Shown here: piece after piece, positions 45,138 through 53,240 of the stretch
Position numbering within the stretch: position 1 is the stretch's first letter
Layout of the letters: each line of letters opens with the position of its first letter
DNA from: a bacterium
Lineage (GTDB): Bacteria; Krumholzibacteriota; Krumholzibacteriia; G020349025
NCBI GenBank assembly: GCA_031362565.1
Contig: JANLSU010000014.1
Coordinates: 60,578 to 124,577 of the forward strand
Length of the DNA: 64,000 nucleotides
Direction: 5' to 3'
Translations under genes and position numbers: made by a program
Notes under the pieces: model-generated
The model's database searches: none
What the model was told of the DNA's origin: nothing
What the model saw: only the letters and a program-made list of their open reading frames with translations

Positions 45138-46814
45138 TCACGCGGTATCGAGCGTCGCGAGAAAACGCGGCTTCTGGCGCGGTTTCGTGGCTTGCTCGAA
45201 AGCGTAGGCGAGCCGGATGAGCGTGCCTTCCGACCAGGCGGCGCCGATGAGCGACATGCCGACCGGAAGCCCGAACGAATAACCGACCGGCACGGTGATG
45301 CTGGCGCAGCCGGCAACCGCCGCCGGCGACGAACTCGCGCCCAGGAAATGATCGCCGTTGACCAAGTCGATGGGCCAGGCCGGCGAGCCGGTGGGGCCGA
45401 CGAGGGCATCGAGCTTTTGCGCTGCGAGTACGGCCTCGAGGCCCTCGGTGCGTGCCAGTTGCTGGCATTTGGCGAGCGCATCGCGGTACGGTTTGTCGGT
45501 CAGCGGACCCTTCTCCTGCGCCTTTTCGAACAGGTCCTGGCCGAAGTAGCGCATCTCGCGGTCGCGGTGTTGCGTGTTGAAGGCGATGAGATCGGCCAGG
45601 GTCCGCATCGGGGACTTGGGGCCGAGGTCGGCCAAGTAGGCCTCGAGATCGGTTTTGAATTCGTAGAGCAGCACCGTGAACTCATCGTCGTCGTACTCGC
45701 CGAGATGGGGGATTTCGACCGGATCGATGAGAATGGCACCCTGGCGCTTCATGGCATCGAGCGCTTGTTCGACGAGGGCGTCGGCTTCGGGGCTGTAGCC
45801 GAAGAATTTCTTGCGGACAACGCCGATGCGCGCTCCAGCCAGGCCCTTGGGATCGAGGAACTGGGTGTAGTCGACGCGTTCGCGGTCGGCGCCGGCGATG
45901 GTGGCGCTGTCGTGGTCGTCGGGAAATGCGAGCGCGGTCAAGAGCGCGGCGGCGTCGGCCACCGTGCGCGCCATCGGCCCCGCGGTGTCCTGGCTGTGGG
46001 CGATCGGGATGATACCGGCGCGCGACACGAGCCCGAGGGTGGGTTTGATGCCGACGAGCGAGCACATGCCCGCTGGACAGACGATCGAACCGTCGGTTTC
46101 GCTGCCGACGCCGACGGCGGCTAGATTGGCGGCGATCGCGGCACCGGTGCCGGAACTCGAACCACACGGACTGCGGTCGATGACGTAGGGATTGCGGCAC
46201 TGGCCGCCTCTGGCGCTCCAGCCGCTCGACGCTTGGCTCGACCGGAAGTTGGCCCACTCGGAGAGGTTCGTCTTGCCGAGAATGATGGCACCTGCAGCGC
46301 GCAGGCGCGCGACGATGAAGGCATCACGGGGCACGACGGCGTCTTCGAGCGCCAGCGAACCAGCGGTGGTTTTCATGCGGTCGGCGGTCGCGATGTTGTC
46401 CTTGACGAGAATCGGGATGCCGTGCAGTGGGCCGCGCACGTGGCCGGCCTTGCGCTCGGCGTCCAACTGTGCGGCGATGGCCAACGCTTCGGGATTCGTT
46501 TCGATGATCGAGTGGAGCGCCGGGCCGCGGCGGTCGAGGGCCTCGATGCGCGCCAGATAGGCGGCCGTGAGGGCGCGCGACGTGAGGCCGCCCGACTGCA
46601 TGCGGGCTTGCAGCTCGGTGACGGTGGCTTCTTCGAGATCGGCGTGCGGCGCGCGTACGGCCGGGGTGTCGGCGCGCGCTCCGGTCGCCGTTGCCGCCAC
46701 CGCGGCGAGAGATGCGGTCGTGCCGCCCACCGCCGCCGCAAGGCCGCCGAGCGTACCGGCGCGCAGGAAACTGCGCCGCGTCATCGAGCGCGGGTCCGTG
46801 GATCGCGAACGCAT
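45138..46814 (-). CDS. Amidase-signature family amidase with Tat signal
   Basis: TRRSFL twin-arginine; GIPILVKDN, GSSSG, GSETDGSI. Confidence 0.92.
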   Translation of the reverse strand: MRSRSTDPRSMTRRSFLRAGTLGGLAAAVGGTTASLAAVAATATGARADTPAVRAPHADLEEATVTELQARMQSGGLTSRALTAAYLARIEALDRRGPALHSIIETNPEALAIAAQLDAERKAGHVRGPLHGIPILVKDNIATADRMKTTAGSLALEDAVVPRDAFIVARLRAAGAIILGKTNLSEWANFRSSQASSGWSARGGQCRNPYVIDRSPCGSSSGTGAAIAANLAAVGVGSETDGSIVCPAGMCSLVGIKPTLGLVSRAGIIPIAHSQDTAGPMARTVADAAALLTALAFPDDHDSATIAGADRERVDYTQFLDPKGLAGARIGVVRKKFFGYSPEADALVEQALDAMKRQGAILIDPVEIPHLGEYDDDEFTVLLYEFKTDLEAYLADLGPKSPMRTLADLIAFNTQHRDREMRYFGQDLFEKAQEKGPLTDKPYRDALAKCQQLARTEGLEAVLAAQKLDALVGPTGSPAWPIDLVNGDHFLGASSSPAAVAGCASITVPVGYSFGLPVGMSLIGAAWSEGTLIRLAYAFEQATKPRQKPRFLATLDTA

Positions 46815-47002
46815 GGGACGCATCCTCTCGTTGAGTGCGCACCCGCCCTCACCGGCGGAGAGCGTGGAGTGGAACGCGCCAGGATACATCGAAGGCGGCC
46901 CGGCAGGGGGGAGTGGCGCGAGGACATGCCCCCCCGCGCCCCTTGTTGACCCTGTTGCAGCTTCGGTACAGTGCGCTCACGACCGCCGCAAAGGAGCGTT
47001 CC

Positions 47003-47581
47003 ATTCCGCCACTCCTTCACAGCCTCGTGCTCGTGCGCCACGGCGAGACCGAGTGGTCGACCGCCGGACGCCACACGGGCCGAACCGACCTGTCACTCAC
47101 TGCGCGCGGCCAGGAGCAAGCCCGCGCCGTCGCGAACAAGCTGGCCGGGCGATCGTTCGCGCGGGTTTTTTCGAGCCCCCTCCACCGCGCCGCCGAGACG
47201 TGTGCGTTGGCGGGCTTCGGCGCCGAGGCTGAAGCACTCGACGATCTGATGGAGTGGGACTATGGAGCGCTCGAAGGCCTGACCTCGAACGAGATTCGCG
47301 CCACGCGGCCCGGCTGGACGATTTGGTCTGGTGACGTGCCGGGCGGGGAGTCGGCGGCGGCGGTCGCGGCGCGCGCCGACCGGGTCGTTACACGCGTGCG
47401 GGAAGTGCGCGGCGACGTCCTGCTGTTCGCGCATGGGCACTTGCTGCGCGTTCTCGTGGCCCGTTGGCTGGGTCTCGAGCCGCAGGCAGGCCGCTTGTTC
47501 GCCCTCGACACGGCGACGGTTTCCGTCCTGGGGTGGGAACGCGACCAGGCGACGATTCGGCAGTGGAACGTTGGACCGTGA
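47003..47581 (+). CDS. Histidine phosphatase family protein (start uncertain: ATT 47003 or GTG 47027)
   Basis: RHGETEW, SSPL.RA, EWDYG, FAHGH. Confidence 0.85.
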   Translation: MPPLLHSLVLVRHGETEWSTAGRHTGRTDLSLTARGQEQARAVANKLAGRSFARVFSSPLHRAAETCALAGFGAEAEALDDLMEWDYGALEGLTSNEIRATRPGWTIWSGDVPGGESAAAVAARADRVVTRVREVRGDVLLFAHGHLLRVLVARWLGLEPQAGRLFALDTATVSVLGWERDQATIRQWNVGP

Positions 47582-47679
47582 TGCGTTCTGGACATGGACG
47601 GCGGGCTGGAATGAAACGGCCTGCCGGGTGGTTGTCTTCCCATGCACCGGCCAAGCGCCGGTGAAAGGCAAGGTGCGCG

Positions 47680-48141
47680 ATGTTACAGGCTGGCACGCCG
47701 TTCCCGAAGTTCGCTCTCCAGAATCAGGAGGGTAAGACCGTGCGTCTCGAGGACTTCGCCGGCAAGTGGCTCGTCCTCTATGTGTATCCCAAGGACGACA
47801 CACCGGGCTGCACCATCCAGGGCAAGTCGTTCACGGCGACCCGGGCCGACTTCGAAGCCGCCGGCATCGAGGTCGTGGGCGTCAGTCAGGACGACGTCGA
47901 ATCGCACCAGAACTTTTGCAATAAGTTTGCATTCACGATTGATCTCTTGGCTGACACGAAAGCGGAACTTCTGCGCGCTTTGGGCATTGGACAGAGCGAG
48001 CACCAGGGCGTCGCGTACTGGGACCGCTCTAGTTTCGTGGTCGACCCGAAGGGCATCGTGCGTAAAGTCTACGAGAAGGTCAAGGCGCAAGGGCACGAGA
48101 TGGTCCTTCTCGACGACATTCGCCAACTTCAGAACGCCTGA
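47680..48141 (+). CDS. Peroxiredoxin (Bcp/PrxQ-like)
   Basis: YPKDDTPGCT motif. Confidence 0.9.
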   Translation: MLQAGTPFPKFALQNQEGKTVRLEDFAGKWLVLYVYPKDDTPGCTIQGKSFTATRADFEAAGIEVVGVSQDDVESHQNFCNKFAFTIDLLADTKAELLRALGIGQSEHQGVAYWDRSSFVVDPKGIVRKVYEKVKAQGHEMVLLDDIRQLQNA

Positions 48142-48221
48142 GCAGCATTGAACACGAAGCGGCCCGCGCCGCGTCGTCCATGCGTCGTGCCACCCTCGGC
48201 GCACGCCATCAAGGAGCCTTC

Positions 48222-48872
48222 ATGGATTCGCGACGTCGATGGATTGCAACCTGTGCGCCGCTGATCGCGGCCGGTATCCTCCTCCTGTCCCGATTCGGTC
48301 ACGCCGCGGACGCCATGAAGGCCCCGACGCTCGACACCGCGACGTTCGCGATGGGCTGCTTCTGGTGCGCGGAAACCGCCTTTGAGGGGTTGCCCGGAGT
48401 CGCATCGGTCGTCTCGGGCTATACCGGCGGCTTCAAGAAGAACCCGACGTACGAAGAAGTGTCTTCGGGCACGACCGGCCACTACGAATCGATTCAAGTC
48501 GCCTTCGATCCCAATGTCGTGTCCTACGCGCAATTGCTCGATCTGTTCTGGCACAACATCGACCCGTCCCAGGACCATGGCCAGTTTTGCGATCACGGCG
48601 ATCAGTACCGCGCCGCCATCTTCTATGCGAACGACACGCAGAAGCAGCTGGCGCTCGCGTCGAAGCACAAGATCGAAACAACGCCACAGCGGTTCAAGGG
48701 GAGCATCGTGACGCAGATCATCGCGGCGACGACGTACTACCCCGCCGAGGACTACCACCAGGACTTTTACAAGAAAGACCCGGTGCGCTATAAGAGCTAC
48801 CGCCTCGGCTGCGGCCGCGATCATCGTCTCGAGGAACTCTGGGGGCAGTCGGGCCGGCAAGGGCATCATTGA
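48222..48872 (+). CDS. msrA: Peptide-methionine (S)-S-oxide reductase with signal peptide
   Basis: GCFWC, SGYTGG, GHYE, QYRAAIF, AEDYHQ. Confidence 0.95.
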   Translation: MDSRRRWIATCAPLIAAGILLLSRFGHAADAMKAPTLDTATFAMGCFWCAETAFEGLPGVASVVSGYTGGFKKNPTYEEVSSGTTGHYESIQVAFDPNVVSYAQLLDLFWHNIDPSQDHGQFCDHGDQYRAAIFYANDTQKQLALASKHKIETTPQRFKGSIVTQIIAATTYYPAEDYHQDFYKKDPVRYKSYRLGCGRDHRLEELWGQSGRQGHH

Positions 48873-48930
48873 TCGCACCCCGGCCCGTGCTCGTCCAGTC
48901 GAGCCGTGCAATGCGATCGCCAATCGAGTC

Positions 48931-49031
48931 GCGACCGGTGAAGGGAACTGGTGTTCCCCGCAGGCTTCAAACCTGTCGGTCGACCGGGCTTCAGTCTGGT
49001 GATGCTGGGTTCGATTCCCAGACCGGTTTCG
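48931..49031 (+). tRNA. selC: tRNA-Sec (TCA), atypical acceptor stem, no encoded CCA
   Basis: 6-bp D stem GGGAAC-TGGT-GTTCCC; anticodon arm GCAGG-CTTCAAA-CCTGT; long variable arm; T arm CTGGG-TTCGATT-CCCAG. Confidence 0.8.
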
Positions 49032-49134
49032 ACTCGAACGGCACCACGCCGCCTCTGCACTTTCGGCTCACACGTCGGCTCGCCGCACCCCGGTCTTGGT
49101 TCACAAGACTCGTCCAACCACGGCGGCGCCGGCC

Positions 49135-51324
49135 TCACACCCGCCTTTCATTGCGGTAGAACACACCAGATTCTTCGACGCCCAACCGCCACAGCACATC
49201 GAGTGGCGCGCGGCCCCGGCAGCGTGCAAAGAACCCGTGTTCGCCCTGATGGTGATGGAACCGGCACAAACACAGTTGATTCCAAAGCTGGTCGCTGCCC
49301 TGATGTGACCGGTACACGAGATGGTGATCTTCGATGTTGCACCGTCGCGTACAGCCGGGCGCCTGACAGCGGAAGCCAGCTCGTTCGTACACCGCGTCCT
49401 TGTCGCGCTGGGGAAAGCCTGCCGGATTGTCCCAAGTCGCCGCAAAGTCCTCCAACAGGGCCAGCAGTCCGACCCAGGTAGGCACGCGCCGGCCGCGCTG
49501 CAAAGCAATCAGCGCGCCGCGCCTCGACGGTGCGAGGGTCTGTAGATCGACCGCGTCATCGTCCACCATCGGCATCATTTGTTCGGTCACCCGCTGTCGG
49601 GCCGCCTCGAGCGTCGCCTGCACCCGGTTGGCGAGTTCGGCCGGCAAACGGAATCGCATCGTCGAGCCGCCCGTCCCTAGGACGGAGAACGTCGGGACAG
49701 TTGGATCTTCGCCCGGCAAGTGCAGACGCGCCAAACGGTCGAGGGTGTCGCCGGGTGCCCGGCGCAGGCTTTGATCCCACACCGCGTCCGGTAACGGCAT
49801 GCGCACGGACCGCGGGTTCCTTGCAGGCTCACGATTGGAGGCACCGTCAGCAGCGTCCGTCGACCGGGGCCGGCAGCCGACGTTGTCGTCATGAAGCGGC
49901 ATTGGCGTCGCGTCATTCCCATACAGGGCCTGGCGGCGATAGTACAGCCGTTCGTCCCGGAGACGCTTCACGGTCGTTTCCCGGGCGTGTTCGATCCAGG
50001 CGCGATCGACTGCCGTATTACGCTGTTGGCCTTTGAGGATGTCGGCCAAGACTTGCGCGGGCTCGAAGTGGATCTGACCTTCACGGTAGGCCTCGAGAAT
50101 CAGCGGCCGCTCCTTGAGCTCGCGGACGACGGCAACACGCGCATAGGCTGTGCTCCGTGGCATGCCGAGCCGCTCGGTCGCATAGTGGCCCAGCGATCGA
50201 AATCCGAGCGTCGCCCAGTCGTTGCGTTGACTCATCCCGTGCAGCACATCGCCAAGACGCCGTTCGATGGCATCGTCGGACGCGATCAGCACGCGCAGCC
50301 GGCGCTCGAGTTCGTCCGGGGGCACTGTGGCGGAGCCACTGCCGGTGCCCTGATCCGGGGCCAGGAGGTCGTTTGAAGCATGGCTCTGCGGGGTGTCTCT
50401 GCCACCCACCGCATCGCCAAGCGCTTCCGTCGCTCTGGCCACCGTCGCAGACTCCGCCGCCGGCATCTTTTCGAGATGCGCCCAGTTCCGAGTCGCGCGT
50501 GCCATGGCGTGTTCGACCACTCGCGTCGAGATGCTGCGACGCAGGGGTGTCGACGTGACGTCGGGAGGAAACGGACCGGCGCAGGTTTCGGCGACAATGG
50601 CGTCCCAAAAAGAGCGAACGGTCGCCTCGTAGCCGGAGATGGCGCGATAGACATCACATGTATCGTAGAAGGCGGCCTGTACCGGCTCGGGGGCGTCGAA
50701 GCGGATGTCAAACCGCTCGCCCAGCTCCGCTTCGAGCGGGCTCGGACCGGCAGCATCCGCCATTGCGTCGGCACCATCCCGAGCGTCTCGTGTCGGCGGT
50801 TGCGCTTCCGGTGCATCGCCGCCGGATTCCAACGCCTCGAAGGCTGCCGCGCCCATCGCGGCGACCGCGGTCGTCGCTTCTGCCAACTGCCGCACGGTGC
50901 GGGTGCGGGCGAGGCGAATCCACCAATCCATCGACTCCGGCGTCGCGACCCGTGCCAAGTGCTCCGCTGTCACGCGCCCGATCGGTGCTGCGCCATCCCA
51001 TCCCAGGAGGGCGCGCTCAAGTTGCGGGCTGGCCGTAATCGCACGCCCCAGCGCCACCAGTTCGTGCAGCCAGTGATCGCTACGGTCGAGACACTCGCGC
51101 GTGTGATCGCAAAGGCGCGAGAAGCCAAGCTGGGACGCGGCCTTGGCCTCGACGAAGTCCACCGCCCCATGGGCGAGCATGGGCACAACGGCGTACGATG
51201 CGGCGCGCAACTCGCATGCGGACCGGTCGGCGAACCAGGCGTCGACCGGCAATGCGGTGGTACCGCTCGCGGTAGTCGCGAGGGACACCGGAATCTTCTC
51301 GGCTCTGGGAGGAGCCACCCGCAC
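49135..51324 (-). CDS. DUF222-like protein with C-terminal HNH endonuclease
   Basis: RCQAPGC..EDHHLVYRSHQGSD..NQLCLC..HH; LGFRSLGHYATERLGM; start uncertain. Confidence 0.8.
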   Translation of the reverse strand: MRVAPPRAEKIPVSLATTASGTTALPVDAWFADRSACELRAASYAVVPMLAHGAVDFVEAKAASQLGFSRLCDHTRECLDRSDHWLHELVALGRAITASPQLERALLGWDGAAPIGRVTAEHLARVATPESMDWWIRLARTRTVRQLAEATTAVAAMGAAAFEALESGGDAPEAQPPTRDARDGADAMADAAGPSPLEAELGERFDIRFDAPEPVQAAFYDTCDVYRAISGYEATVRSFWDAIVAETCAGPFPPDVTSTPLRRSISTRVVEHAMARATRNWAHLEKMPAAESATVARATEALGDAVGGRDTPQSHASNDLLAPDQGTGSGSATVPPDELERRLRVLIASDDAIERRLGDVLHGMSQRNDWATLGFRSLGHYATERLGMPRSTAYARVAVVRELKERPLILEAYREGQIHFEPAQVLADILKGQQRNTAVDRAWIEHARETTVKRLRDERLYYRRQALYGNDATPMPLHDDNVGCRPRSTDAADGASNREPARNPRSVRMPLPDAVWDQSLRRAPGDTLDRLARLHLPGEDPTVPTFSVLGTGGSTMRFRLPAELANRVQATLEAARQRVTEQMMPMVDDDAVDLQTLAPSRRGALIALQRGRRVPTWVGLLALLEDFAATWDNPAGFPQRDKDAVYERAGFRCQAPGCTRRCNIEDHHLVYRSHQGSDQLWNQLCLCRFHHHQGEHGFFARCRGRAPLDVLWRLGVEESGVFYRNERRV

Positions 51325-51351
51325 GGAGTCGCGGGCTCAAATCGCGATCTG

Positions 51352-51380
51352 AAGATACAAGACAAATAAAAGAATGTCAA
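51352..51380 (-). promoter_or_regulatory. Putative strong sigma70 promoter of the HNH gene
   Basis: Minus strand TTGACA-N17-TATCTT, TG extended -10, upstream A-tract. Confidence 0.7.
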
Positions 51381-51564
51381 GAGATCGGCAAGTTTTTTTT
51401 GCAACTCGATCTTTTGGGCGCGCGCCTGCACGGTCGCGGACGCGTCCTCGATCGTCAACCGTAGGAAGCGCCGTGTCCCAGCCCATCGCCAACCACAGCG
51501 CAAACGCATCCTCACCCTTCCACCCGGCGCCATGGTGCGCTATCGTGGCCGGGGAGGTCTGGCC

Positions 51565-52083
51565 GTGCGTGTCGAGCGAATTTGGAAGATCGCGCTCTGT
51601 GCGGTTGTCATCCTAAGCACCGGTTGCTTCGGTTACAGCTTCAGCGGCCGAACCCGCGCCGGCGACGTCTACATGCCATTTTTCGAAGATCGCAGCTCCG
51701 GCGAGCGTGCCCTGGACGTCGGCAACGACCTCACGCAACGCCTTGTCGGCGAGTTTCGCCAGGACAGCCACACCCACGTTTTCCAGACCGCTTCGGACCG
51801 CGGCCGCGCCCAGAAGGAACTGCTCGGCGTCGTGAAGCGCGTGACCGAATCCATTCTCTCGCGTGACCCGAACGAGACGGGCGAGGAGTACCGCGTCGTG
51901 GTCGAATGCTCGGTCACGTACCGCGATCTCGCGACGGACAAAGTGCTCTGGCAAAGCGCCAACGTGACGGGCGACGGCCAATATCTGCTCAGCCAAGGCG
52001 ACACCGGGTTTCGCGGCGCGCTCGACGAGGCATTGGGTGAAGTCGTGCGCTCGATCATCGATAACACCCTGCGAGCCTGGTAG
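51565..52083 (+). CDS. LptE-like lipoprotein
   Basis: Lipobox STGC followed by FGYSF; adjacent to holA/leuS; GGAGG SD before GTG. Confidence 0.75.
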   Translation: MRVERIWKIALCAVVILSTGCFGYSFSGRTRAGDVYMPFFEDRSSGERALDVGNDLTQRLVGEFRQDSHTHVFQTASDRGRAQKELLGVVKRVTESILSRDPNETGEEYRVVVECSVTYRDLATDKVLWQSANVTGDGQYLLSQGDTGFRGALDEALGEVVRSIIDNTLRAW

Positions 52084-52202
52084 GGAACGCTTCCATTCTG
52101 GCCGCCAACACGCGCCCTCGGCCCGAAGGGCTCGACAGGTTCCGCAACCGCGTGATATCCCCCTTGGTGGGGGCCCGCGAGGCATCCCCCCACGGAGGCA
52201 CA

Positions 52203-53240
52203 GTGGCGGCTCGAAATGCATACGGTATCGAGGAGCTGAGGCGCGACCTCGCGAAGCGGGCTCCGGCACCCGTGTACGTCGTCGAAGGCGAGGAAGCACT
52301 GCTGGCCGCCGAGGCCGTGCAGCTGATCGTCGATACGGTCTTGCCCGCCGGCGCCGGCCGCGATTTCAACCTGAGCAGTTTCTCGGGTGACGACGAAACG
52401 GGCCGCCAGTTTTTAGCGCAGGCGCGCAGCTATCCGTTCCTCGCCGACCGGCGCGTCGTGCTCGTGCGCCGCTTCGACAAGATGTCGCTCCGCGACCGCG
52501 AGGAAACCGCGTTCTTCGACTACCTGAAAGCACCGGCACCGACGACGGTGCTGGTGCTCGTCGCCCGCGCGCTCGACCGGCGCACGACGGTTGCCAAAAC
52601 CGTCGAACAGGCCGCCACCGTCGTGGCGTGCGGGGCGTTGAAAGAAGAACTGCTGCCCGGCTGGGTGCGCGATCGCCTCAAGGCGCAAGGCATCGGTGTC
52701 ACCGACGCCGGCTGCAAACGCCTCGTCGAACTCGCGGGCCCCGGCCTGCTCGATCTCGCGAACGAGATCGCCAAGCTGCGCGCCCGCTATCCCGAGGCGC
52801 GCGAAATCAATGAATCGCAGGTCGAAGCAACCGCCGGCCATCACCGGGTGGAGGAGGTCTTCGCCATCAGCCGCGCCTTTCGGCCCGACGATGCGTCCGG
52901 TTTCCTGCAAGCGTTGAGCCGCGTGCTCGAAACCAAGCCGGAAGCCGAGATTATCGGCGTCGCGGCGCTCCTCGCCCGGCACGTGAACGATTTGCTCCGC
53001 ATCCGTATTCTGCTCGATCGCGGTATGCCGGCGGGCGGACTCGCGAAGCGTTTGGGCAAGAATCCATACTACGTCGACCGGCTCGTGCCGCAAGCCAAGG
53101 CCTGGCGCCGCGAGTCGTTGCGTCTGTGGCTGCGCAATCTGCAACGCGCCGACGTGCAACTGAAGTCGTTGGCCTTGCCGAAGCGCTGGATTCTGGAGCG
53201 GGCGTTCTTCAATTCGTTCTTGGGACAGGACCTGGCATGA
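52203..53240 (+). CDS. holA: DNA polymerase III subunit delta
   Basis: PVYVVEGEE, DFNL..F.G, PFLADRRVV, L.NEIAKL. Confidence 0.88.
   Translation: MAARNAYGIEELRRDLAKRAPAPVYVVEGEEALLAAEAVQLIVDTVLPAGAGRDFNLSSFSGDDETGRQFLAQARSYPFLADRRVVLVRRFDKMSLRDREETAFFDYLKAPAPTTVLVLVARALDRRTTVAKTVEQAATVVACGALKEELLPGWVRDRLKAQGIGVTDAGCKRLVELAGPGLLDLANEIAKLRARYPEAREINESQVEATAGHHRVEEVFAISRAFRPDDASGFLQALSRVLETKPEAEIIGVAALLARHVNDLLRIRILLDRGMPAGGLAKRLGKNPYYVDRLVPQAKAWRRESLRLWLRNLQRADVQLKSLALPKRWILERAFFNSFLGQDLA

Noticed and set aside
47680..48872. Selenoprotein versions of peroxiredoxin or MsrA next to tRNA-Sec
   Set aside because: Both have Cys codons at the active sites and no in-frame UGA
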